A stretch of 64,000 nt of DNA from Opitutia bacterium (lineage in GTDB: Bacteria; Verrucomicrobiota; Verrucomicrobiia; Opitutales; UBA953), in NCBI GenBank assembly GCA_947377865.1, contig CANCHK010000005.1, forward strand, positions 3,303 through 67,302, in the 5' to 3' direction. A model generated the notes under the pieces. It worked only from the letters and a program-made list of their open reading frames with translations, had not been told where the DNA came from and did not search any database. Shown here in pieces: positions 1-7,341 of this stretch. The number at the start of each line of letters is the position of its first letter. The stretch's first letter is position 1. The translations under genes and the position numbers were made by a program.

Positions 1-307
1 TCACGGGGACCGACCAATGCTGGAAATCATCGCTGACCGAGAGGTAGTTGAGCTGTCCGGGCCGCGATTCTTCAGGGCTGTCCGGATTGGCGTTCCAGAC
101 GGCCACGTAGCGGCCCTTGAATTTCGTGATATCCGAATCGTGGTTGTAGCCCATTTTGGGCGACCACTGCGGGTAGACCTGATTGATCACCGCATGCTCG
201 ACGGCGAATTTCGCCACCGGATAGGGCGTATGATCGGCGGCTTGCAGCAAGGCCAGCGGCGTAAGCGCCAAGGCGGCGAGGAGGGGGAGGGAGAAACGCA
301 TGTTCAT
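1..307 (-). CDS. hypothetical secreted protein, N-terminal part (gene runs off the left window edge)
   Basis: Hand translation of the minus strand from ATG at 307 (alt. 301): MNMRFSLPLLAALALTPLALLQAADHTPYPVAKF...SDDFQHWSVPV. The frame is open to position 2 and the N-terminus looks like a signal peptide. It is absent from the ORF track because it has no stop inside the window. Confidence 0.5.
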   Translation of the reverse strand, partial: MNMRFSLPLLAALALTPLALLQAADHTPYPVAKFAVEHAVINQVYPQWSPKMGYNHDSDITKFKGRYVAVWNANPDSPEESRPGQLNYLSVSDDFQHWSVPV

Positions 308-364
308 CGTTGGTCGTTCTTGGTTACTTGTTCTGGAGGGGCATGGAATACGGCAGTAAAGGGC

Positions 365-2905
365 TTACGGCTGGCGCATCAGCTCGCTGTTGGTGACGAG
401 GTGGACGAGTTCGCGGAGGCCGTAGCCTTTCGCTTTCCAATCGGCCTGGAGGCGGCGGAGGGCCGGTTGGTCGGCGAAGCCGAGGGGGCGTCCAAGGGCA
501 TACGTGAGGAGCTGGTGGGAGAGGTTCTGCGCCATCAGGTCTGGGTTTCTGACGAGGTAGGCGCGGACATCCGCGGGGCTCTTGACGACTTGGCCGCGGT
601 ATTCGCCGGTGGTATCGATGAGGGCGCCGTTTGGGTAGGCGCGCCGGAGATGGCCGATCGGATCGTAGCCTTCGAGGGCATATCCCAGGGGGTCGATCTT
701 GGCGTGACAGTCTGCGCAGGCCTGGACGGAGCGGTGTTTCTCCAGCTGCTGGCGGATGGTGGTGGCACCGCGGATATCGGGCTCGATGGGCGGCACGTTA
801 GGGGGCGGCGGGCTGGGCGGCGTGCCGAACAGTTTCTCGAGCAACCAGACACCGCGCTTCACGGGCGAGGTCTCGACACCGTTGGCGGTGATGGTGAGCA
901 CGCTGGCCTGTCCGAGCAGGCCGCGCCGCGGAGAATCCGCCGGCAGTTGGATGCGGCGGAGTTGATCGCCGCGCACGGGGGGCAGGTCGTAGAGCCGGGC
1001 GAGTCCGGCGTTCACGTAGGTGAAGTTAGCGTCGACGAGTGCCGTGACCGGCTTGTCGGTGCGGAACAGTTCCCCGACGAAGCGGCAGGTTTCTTCCCGC
1101 ATCACCGGTTCGAGCCGGTCGATATGGTAGGCGGGAAAGGTTTCCCTTGAGGGAGGCATGGCTCCAAGCTTGTTCAAGCCAAGCCATTGCTCCGTGAAGA
1201 GGCTGAGGAAGCGGTCACCGCGGGGTGAATCCAGCAGGCGGTTGGTTTCACGGCGGATGGCCTTGGCATCGAGCTGATCGTTCGTCGCCAGCGCCCGGAG
1301 GGTCTCATCGGCCGGACCGGCGGTGAGGAAGTAGGAGAGGCGGGTCGCCAGTTGCGTCGGCGTGATGACCTTCTCGGCGGATTCGGGCTCGGTCAGGAAC
1401 AGGAACTCCGTGGAGCAGAGCAAAGCCTTGAACACCGGTCGGGCGGCGTCGGCATAGCGTACCTTGCCGTCGAGTCGTTGCTGGAGGGCCTTCACGTAGG
1501 GCTCGACGTCTTCGGCCTTCACGTCGCGGCGGAAGAGCCGGCTGGCGATGCCTTGTAGCTCGGTCTGGAGTCGGGCCGGGTCGACCTGTTTTTCGTCGGG
1601 ATTGATGCCGGCGAAGAGCACCGACCGCGCGGGGTGCGGCTTGTCGTCGCGGATCGGTCCGGTGACCTGCCAGGAGCGCACGCGGACCATCGGTCCTTTG
1701 TAAAGATGCTGGTAAAGCGCGTCGCGCTCGGCGCGCAGAGCCAGATTTTCCCAGACGTTCTGGGCGATTTTCGGGACGCTGGGGTCGTATTTGTAGAGCT
1801 TGGTGGAGACGAAGTTCCCTTGCGTGCCCTTCGGAGGGCCGTCGATCCAGGAGAGGTAGGGCACCGTGCCGCGATCCAGCCAGATGCGGGCGCGGACGGT
1901 GACGTAGCGATCGTCGGGTAATTCGGTGGAGAAGACGATGTTCGGCGGGATGAGCCGCCAGCCGTTGCCTTTCAAGCCTTCGACCTGCCGGCCGATACCG
2001 AGCTGCATCGGCCGCGAGTCGTCATAGAAAGACTTCAGGTCTTTGAAGAACGGAATCAGACCCCCGAGCATCAGATCCTTGCCATAAGCGTGATGACGGT
2101 TGGCCGCGGAAGCTTCCGCCTCGATTTCGTACCAGCCGGAATGAGGCACGCCGGTTTCGCCCAGGCGGCTGAGGAAGAGTTTGCTGTCGAAGATGAGCTC
2201 CTGGTTGCGAAGGCCGCTGCTGAGGCTGATATATGCGGCCCCTTTGGCTTTCTCCTTGCTGACGACGTTGAGCCCGAAGGCCATATTGAGGGTGCGGAGG
2301 TCTTCGGCTCGGTCCTTCCACTGGGTGGGGGCGGGCTTTCCCTTCACGTCGGCGAGGTCGTAAGCCTGATCAAGCACCGCGTCGGCGGCCTTCAGGTATT
2401 TTTCAAGGTGGTGCCGGGAAGTGCGTAGCGCGGAGCCGATGCCGCGGAAGCCTTCCAGCTCCTCGTCGCCCGGGAATCCGATGGTGGGGTCGAACTCGCC
2501 GGTGAAACCAAAGAGGTCCTGGACCGTGTGCAGGTATTCCGCCTTGTTCAGCCGGCGGTGGACCACGCTGCCGGCCCGGGATTGGGCGGCGGTCTGGGCG
2601 ACGTCGAGCTGCGTCTCGATCCAAGCGAGCAGGGCGCGGCGTTCTTCGTTGCTCGGCTGTTTCTTCTTCGGCGGGGGCATCTCCCCGAGCTGCAGCTGGT
2701 GGAGCACTTCCTGCCAGCGTTCCGCGATGGCGCGGTCCGTGCCCACGTTGAGCGATAAGTCGTCGAGCCGACGTTCGCCCTTCTGGGTGTCGGCGTCATG
2801 ACAATCCAGGCAGTATTTGGAGAGGAACGCCTGGGGCGGTGAAGCCGGTCCGGCCGCCAGGAGCACGCCGGAGGACAGGGTGAGAGATGCCAGCAGGACG
2901 CGCAT
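365..2905 (-). CDS. DUF1592/DUF1595/DUF1587/DUF1588/DUF1585-family (PSCyt3/PSD-type) secreted heme-binding protein
   Basis: Start trimmed to MRVLLASLTLSSGVLLAAGP (signal peptide). CLDCH motif near the N-terminus and a second CADCH near the C-terminus. Lies 1 nt downstream of a DUF1552 gene, the usual partner. Confidence 0.85.
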   Translation of the reverse strand: MRVLLASLTLSSGVLLAAGPASPPQAFLSKYCLDCHDADTQKGERRLDDLSLNVGTDRAIAERWQEVLHQLQLGEMPPPKKKQPSNEERRALLAWIETQLDVAQTAAQSRAGSVVHRRLNKAEYLHTVQDLFGFTGEFDPTIGFPGDEELEGFRGIGSALRTSRHHLEKYLKAADAVLDQAYDLADVKGKPAPTQWKDRAEDLRTLNMAFGLNVVSKEKAKGAAYISLSSGLRNQELIFDSKLFLSRLGETGVPHSGWYEIEAEASAANRHHAYGKDLMLGGLIPFFKDLKSFYDDSRPMQLGIGRQVEGLKGNGWRLIPPNIVFSTELPDDRYVTVRARIWLDRGTVPYLSWIDGPPKGTQGNFVSTKLYKYDPSVPKIAQNVWENLALRAERDALYQHLYKGPMVRVRSWQVTGPIRDDKPHPARSVLFAGINPDEKQVDPARLQTELQGIASRLFRRDVKAEDVEPYVKALQQRLDGKVRYADAARPVFKALLCSTEFLFLTEPESAEKVITPTQLATRLSYFLTAGPADETLRALATNDQLDAKAIRRETNRLLDSPRGDRFLSLFTEQWLGLNKLGAMPPSRETFPAYHIDRLEPVMREETCRFVGELFRTDKPVTALVDANFTYVNAGLARLYDLPPVRGDQLRRIQLPADSPRRGLLGQASVLTITANGVETSPVKRGVWLLEKLFGTPPSPPPPNVPPIEPDIRGATTIRQQLEKHRSVQACADCHAKIDPLGYALEGYDPIGHLRRAYPNGALIDTTGEYRGQVVKSPADVRAYLVRNPDLMAQNLSHQLLTYALGRPLGFADQPALRRLQADWKAKGYGLRELVHLVTNSELMRQP

Positions 2906-2906
2906 G

Positions 2907-4178
2907 TCAGACCAGCAGCTGGTTGAGGTTGCCCTTGTTCGAGCCGAACTTGTCGCGTTCGACGCCCATCTGCTGGAGCAGGGTGACGTAGAGATCGCAG
3001 AGCGGGGTCTGCTGACGGCCGTTCTTCGGGAAGAAGAGGTGGCGGCCGTGCTTGAAGCCGCCGCCAGCCAGGATGACGGGGAGGTTCGTGTTCGCATGCG
3101 CGCTGGCGTTGCCCATGCCGCTGCCGAAGACCACTGTGGTATTGTCGAGCAGCGAACTGCCCCCGATGTCCTTCATCGTCGAAAGCTTTTCGAGGAAGCG
3201 GTCGAACTCAGCCATCAGCGCGGACTCGATGATGTGCAGCTGGCGGAGTTTCTCCGGGTCTTTGCCTGAGTGCGAGAGGTCGTGGTAGCCGCGATTGATG
3301 CCCGGGATGTTCGTCACCGGCAGCGCGCCGCCGATGTTCAACGTGATGATGCGCGTGGCGTCGGCCTGCAGGGCCAGCGCCGCGACGTCGAAATTCGCCC
3401 GGACCTGATCCATGCAGCCATCGCCGCCTAAGGTCGGCCGCTTCCCGTCGGTGACGGGCAGAGGCTTGTTCAGCCAGGTCTTGTTGATGGCGTTGGCGCG
3501 TTCGAAGTCGCGCATCGCTCCCATGAATTCATCCATCTTCTCGCGATCCCAGCGATCCAGGCGAGGTGCGACCCGCTTGGCGTCTTGCGAGATCAGTGAG
3601 AGGATCGATTCGTTTTCGTTCAGCTCGGCAAGTCGGCTGGTCGCGGTGGTCTTGCGCTGGGGCTTGAAGAGCAGGTCGAACACCGCGCCCGGGTCTTCCA
3701 TCTTCGGCACCGCGATGCCGGAACGGGTCCAGGAGATGTCATCGCCGCGGCCGACGCCGAGGCAGAGGGAAGGGAGGCGCGTGAGTCCGCCCAGATGTTC
3801 TTCCGCGACTTGGTCGATCGTCACGCAGCCGTCGGCGTATTGCGACGCCTGCTCTCGTCGGACGCCGCTGAGGAAGGCGTGGACCCCGTAGTGGCCGCCC
3901 TGGACGCCGGGGTGTTCCAGCTGGGAGAAGACCGTCATCTTTTGCTGCCAGCGGGCCAGAGGCTTGAGCAGCGGGGTCAGCTCCAGGTTCGTGCCCTGAC
4001 CCGTCGGGAAGAACGATTCCGGGCGCACCCCGAAGTCCATCCCGATGCAGACGAGTCGTCGCGGGGCCTTGGAGGCGTCGGCGCCTTGGAGCGCCAGGCC
4101 GGAGAACCAGGGGAAGGCCAGCGCGGCGCCGCTGACGGCTTGGAGGAAGTGCCTGCGATGCATGAATGGGGTTTTCAT
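2907..4178 (-). CDS. DUF1552 (HXXSHH) domain protein with Tat-like signal
   Basis: N-terminus MHRRHFLQAVSGAALAF is a twin-arginine type signal. YHDLSHSG matches the HXXSH core. Pairs with the DUF1592-family gene. Confidence 0.85.
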   Translation of the reverse strand: MKTPFMHRRHFLQAVSGAALAFPWFSGLALQGADASKAPRRLVCIGMDFGVRPESFFPTGQGTNLELTPLLKPLARWQQKMTVFSQLEHPGVQGGHYGVHAFLSGVRREQASQYADGCVTIDQVAEEHLGGLTRLPSLCLGVGRGDDISWTRSGIAVPKMEDPGAVFDLLFKPQRKTTATSRLAELNENESILSLISQDAKRVAPRLDRWDREKMDEFMGAMRDFERANAINKTWLNKPLPVTDGKRPTLGGDGCMDQVRANFDVAALALQADATRIITLNIGGALPVTNIPGINRGYHDLSHSGKDPEKLRQLHIIESALMAEFDRFLEKLSTMKDIGGSSLLDNTTVVFGSGMGNASAHANTNLPVILAGGGFKHGRHLFFPKNGRQQTPLCDLYVTLLQQMGVERDKFGSNKGNLNQLLV

Positions 4179-4213
4179 TTCAATATCTTCGGTGGGGCGA
4201 GTACGGATGGGTA

Positions 4214-5227
4214 TTAGTTACGCTGGGCTGGTGTCGTATTGCGGACATGGATTGATGCGCGTACGTCGTCCACGAAGTGCCCGGCGAACGTCACCGGACT
4301 GGGCAGCGACGACTGGCTCTCTTTGTCTTTTGGCCAGCGCCGCACGGAGACTTTAAGGATCACGAACTCGGTGCCGGCAGGAAGCTGCAATCGGCTGGTC
4401 GCCTGCTCCCAGGTGCCCGGATCTCGATCCAGTGAAGGACGTAGTCCGTAGCTATGGGCAAGTGAATCCTCCAGAAGGGTTTTCTCCGTGGAGCCGAGCG
4501 CATCGAGCGCGTAAAGGGTGACCACTCCGTCATACCTTTCTGCTTCGGGAAAGGGCGAGGCATTGAAGAGGGCCGACGCGGACATCACGACCTCTCCGCT
4601 GTTGATCTCGCGGGAAAAAGGCCTTACGTCGACGACCCGCATCAGGTCGCCCTGGAAGTTGCGCTTGGAGGAAATCTTGCCTTCGAAGTCGGACCGCAGG
4701 ACACGGGCCATCTTGGTTCCTTGCGCGGGCTTCACGCCCTGCTGTTCGCCGACGAGCTCGGAGAAGTCTCCGCTCCATTGGTTGAGCTGTTGTGGAACCC
4801 CTGTCACCAAAGGCGCGGGGCCGCTCTCGAAGCTCTCCACGAAGAGTGACGTCACTTTTTCAGTCCGACGGCCGCCAAGCCCGAAGCCCAATAATACCGA
4901 CGCTCCGAACAGGCCGAACACGACCCCGGCAGTCATCGCCGTGAGCGGGCGCCACGCGAGCCAGCGAGTTCTCATGCGTGGGGCGGTTTTGTGCGTGGGG
5001 GCTGGCTCCAGAAGCTCAACGATGCCGTCTTCGCGTAGGCGGCTGATTAACGCCTGCTCATCCACCATGAGCCGCGCCATGATCGGGCGGGCTTCGGGGA
5101 TGTCGCGCATCAGCATGTTGAGCTCCGACCGGGCGGAGGTGTCCTGCGTGTCGCGCACGGCTTGCAGGAGACGCAGCAAGCGATGCTCCAGCGTGCGAGG
5201 GGACGGGGAGGGGTCTTCGAGGTTCAT
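4214..5227 (-). CDS. anti-sigma-factor-like single-pass membrane protein with uncharacterised extracytoplasmic domain
   Basis: Start chosen at MNLEDPS, giving an ATGA overlap with the sigma-factor stop. One TM segment (LTAMTAGVVFGLFGASVLLGF) after a cytoplasmic N-domain. Position is directly downstream of the ECF sigma. Confidence 0.6.
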   Translation of the reverse strand: MNLEDPSPSPRTLEHRLLRLLQAVRDTQDTSARSELNMLMRDIPEARPIMARLMVDEQALISRLREDGIVELLEPAPTHKTAPRMRTRWLAWRPLTAMTAGVVFGLFGASVLLGFGLGGRRTEKVTSLFVESFESGPAPLVTGVPQQLNQWSGDFSELVGEQQGVKPAQGTKMARVLRSDFEGKISSKRNFQGDLMRVVDVRPFSREINSGEVVMSASALFNASPFPEAERYDGVVTLYALDALGSTEKTLLEDSLAHSYGLRPSLDRDPGTWEQATSRLQLPAGTEFVILKVSVRRWPKDKESQSSLPSPVTFAGHFVDDVRASIHVRNTTPAQRN

Positions 5228-5748
5228 GCGGAAGGGTGGATTTGGCGTTGGATGCAATCGGAAAGCTGTTCGCGGAGGCGGAGGAGGGTCATCTTCACCG
5301 CGCTCTCGCTCCGCTGCGTAGCGTCGGCGATCTCGCGGACGGTGCGACCGGTGAGGTAATGGGACTGCAGGATATCGCGTTGCTCGGCCTTGAGTTTCTC
5401 GAGGCAGTTCCCGAGGGCCTGGCGCCTTTCCTCGAACTCCGCCGCCACCGATTCTACGTCTTGGGCCATGGCTTCCACCACATCGATGTCAAAGACCAGC
5501 CGATCGCGCATGCGGTCGCGAATGTGCGAGAGGATCGTGAACCGGGCGACCGCGAAGGCCCAAGGGAGGAACTCGGTCTCGGGGTTCCATTCGGCCGCCT
5601 TATCCCAGAGCTTCACGCACGTCGTCTGCAGGGCCTCCTGGGCGTCCTGTCGGTTCGCCAGCTGCGCATGACAGAATGCCGCCAAGGCCGGCTGGTGCCG
5701 GGTCAGCGCCGCGATGAAGCGTGCTTGGTCGAAGTCGGGGCGAGACAT
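5224..5748 (-). CDS. ECF-type sigma-70 family RNA polymerase sigma factor
   Basis: 174 aa. Region 2-like LPWAFAVARFTILSHIRD and a region 4 HTH (LTGRTVREIADATQRSESAVKMTLLRLR). Confidence 0.85.
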   Translation of the reverse strand: MSRPDFDQARFIAALTRHQPALAAFCHAQLANRQDAQEALQTTCVKLWDKAAEWNPETEFLPWAFAVARFTILSHIRDRMRDRLVFDIDVVEAMAQDVESVAAEFEERRQALGNCLEKLKAEQRDILQSHYLTGRTVREIADATQRSESAVKMTLLRLREQLSDCIQRQIHPSA

Positions 5749-5816
5749 GTCATTAAGGTAATTCCGTCGGGGGGCCGAAAGGTCACATTTTTATTACCGA
5801 CATCCGCCCGTCGGCT

Positions 5817-5847
5817 GAAAGGGACGGCACGTGGTGCTGTCCCTTTC
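5817..5847 (-). terminator. 9-bp hairpin after the DUF1501 stop; loop contains CACGTG
   Basis: gaaagggac-ggcacgtggtgct-gtccctttc, 4 nt from the stop at 5852. Confidence 0.5.
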
Positions 5848-5851
5848 TCAA

Positions 5852-7339
5852 TTAGGCGAGGATCTCCTTGATTACGTGGCCGTGGACGTCCGTGAGGCGG
5901 CGGTTGGCGCCGTTGTGACGGAAGGTGAGTTTCTCGTGATCGAGGCCGAGGAGTTGCAAGACGGTGGCATGGATGTCGTAGCCCTGGGTGAAGTGTGACC
6001 GGTCAGCGGGCTTGTAGCCCCATTCGTCGCTCGGGCCATGGGAGACGCCGCCCTTGATGCCGCCGCCGGCGAGCCAGTTGGTGAAGACGAAGGGGTTATG
6101 GTCGCGGCCTTTGCCGCCCTGGGCGCAGGGCATGCGGCCGAACTCGGTGGTCCAGAGGATGAGGGTGTCCTCGAACATGCCGCGGTCCTTGAGGTCTTGG
6201 ATGAGCGCCGCGGTGCCCTTGGCCATGCCGAGGGAGAGCGGGGCGTGGTCGCGGGCGATGTCCTCGTGGGAGTCCCAGTTGCGACGCGGGAAGCCGTTGT
6301 CGTTGCCGGACCAGATCTGCACGAAGCGGACACCGCGTTCGAGGAGACGTCGAGCGGTCAGGCACTTGCGGCCGAAGGCATCCTGTTCCTCGGCGACGTT
6401 GATCTCTTTCGGCCAAACCTTCGTGGAGTTATCGATGCCATAACGGGCCTGGGTCTTTTCCGATTCCTGCGAGAGGTCGAGGGCGTCTGGCGCGGCGAGC
6501 TGCATCTTGGCGGCGAGCTCGTAGCTGCGGATACGAGCTTCGAGACGTGGGTCGCCCGGATGCGAATCGGCATGGGCTCGGTTGAGCTTTTCGAGGAGTT
6601 CAAGGCCCTGGGTTTCGCCGGCGGGCGTGATATAGTCGGCTGGAGGCGGCGAGAGGTCGGCGATGGGCTTGGGGGCGTTGACGCGCACCTGCGTGGCCTG
6701 GTTCTGGCCAGGGAGGAAGGCGGAGTCCCAGTTCTTCTGGCCATTGGACGGCAGGCCACGGATATCGGGCAGCACGACGAACGTCGGGAGGTTGTCGTTG
6801 AGCGAGCCGAGGCCGTAGCTGACCCAGGCGCCGACGCTCGGGTAGCCCGGAATCAGGAAACCGGTGGACTGCAGGAGGGTGGCCTGGCTGTGCACGCCGG
6901 AACGGCCGACGAGATTATGCACGAAGGCGATGTCATCCACGACTTCGCCGATGGGCGCGACGATGTCGCTGAGCATCTTGCCAGACTTGCCGTAGGGCTT
7001 GAATTTCCACGGCGACGCGAAGGTCGAGCCTGGGCTGCTCTGGAAAAGCTCGACCGCTTCACCTGGATCCCATTTCTCGCCATGCTTCTTCTCAAGCAAC
7101 GGCTTGTAGTCCCACATGTCGACGTGGCTGGCGGCACCCGCCATGAAGAGTTGGACGACGCGCTTGGCCTTGGCCGGGGCGTGGAGGACGCCGCTGGTGG
7201 GCGTGGCGGCGAGGAGGGATTCCTGTTCGAGCAGGCTGGCGAGGGCGATGCCACCGAGGCCGCCGCCGGAGCAGAACAGGAAGTCACGGCGGTTCATCGC
7301 AGTGACGCCGGACTGACGATGGTAAGGAGAGTTGTGCAT
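5852..7339 (-). CDS. DUF1501 domain protein (sulfatase/alkaline-phosphatase-like fold, Tat signal)
   Basis: MNRRDFLFCSGGGLGGIALASLL Tat motif and GRDHNPFVFTNWLAGGGIKGG near the C-terminus. ATG lies 2 nt after the stop of the DUF1553 gene. Alternative start at 7297. Confidence 0.9.
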   Translation of the reverse strand: MHNSPYHRQSGVTAMNRRDFLFCSGGGLGGIALASLLEQESLLAATPTSGVLHAPAKAKRVVQLFMAGAASHVDMWDYKPLLEKKHGEKWDPGEAVELFQSSPGSTFASPWKFKPYGKSGKMLSDIVAPIGEVVDDIAFVHNLVGRSGVHSQATLLQSTGFLIPGYPSVGAWVSYGLGSLNDNLPTFVVLPDIRGLPSNGQKNWDSAFLPGQNQATQVRVNAPKPIADLSPPPADYITPAGETQGLELLEKLNRAHADSHPGDPRLEARIRSYELAAKMQLAAPDALDLSQESEKTQARYGIDNSTKVWPKEINVAEEQDAFGRKCLTARRLLERGVRFVQIWSGNDNGFPRRNWDSHEDIARDHAPLSLGMAKGTAALIQDLKDRGMFEDTLILWTTEFGRMPCAQGGKGRDHNPFVFTNWLAGGGIKGGVSHGPSDEWGYKPADRSHFTQGYDIHATVLQLLGLDHEKLTFRHNGANRRLTDVHGHVIKEILA

Positions 7340-7341
7340 GG

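Noticed and set aside
5749-5816. ECF-type autoregulated promoter upstream of the sigma factor in the AT-rich stretch (ggtaataaaaatgtgacc in mRNA sense).
   Set aside because: I could not identify a convincing GAAC-N16-CGT-like pair, and the consensus for this ECF group is unknown to me.
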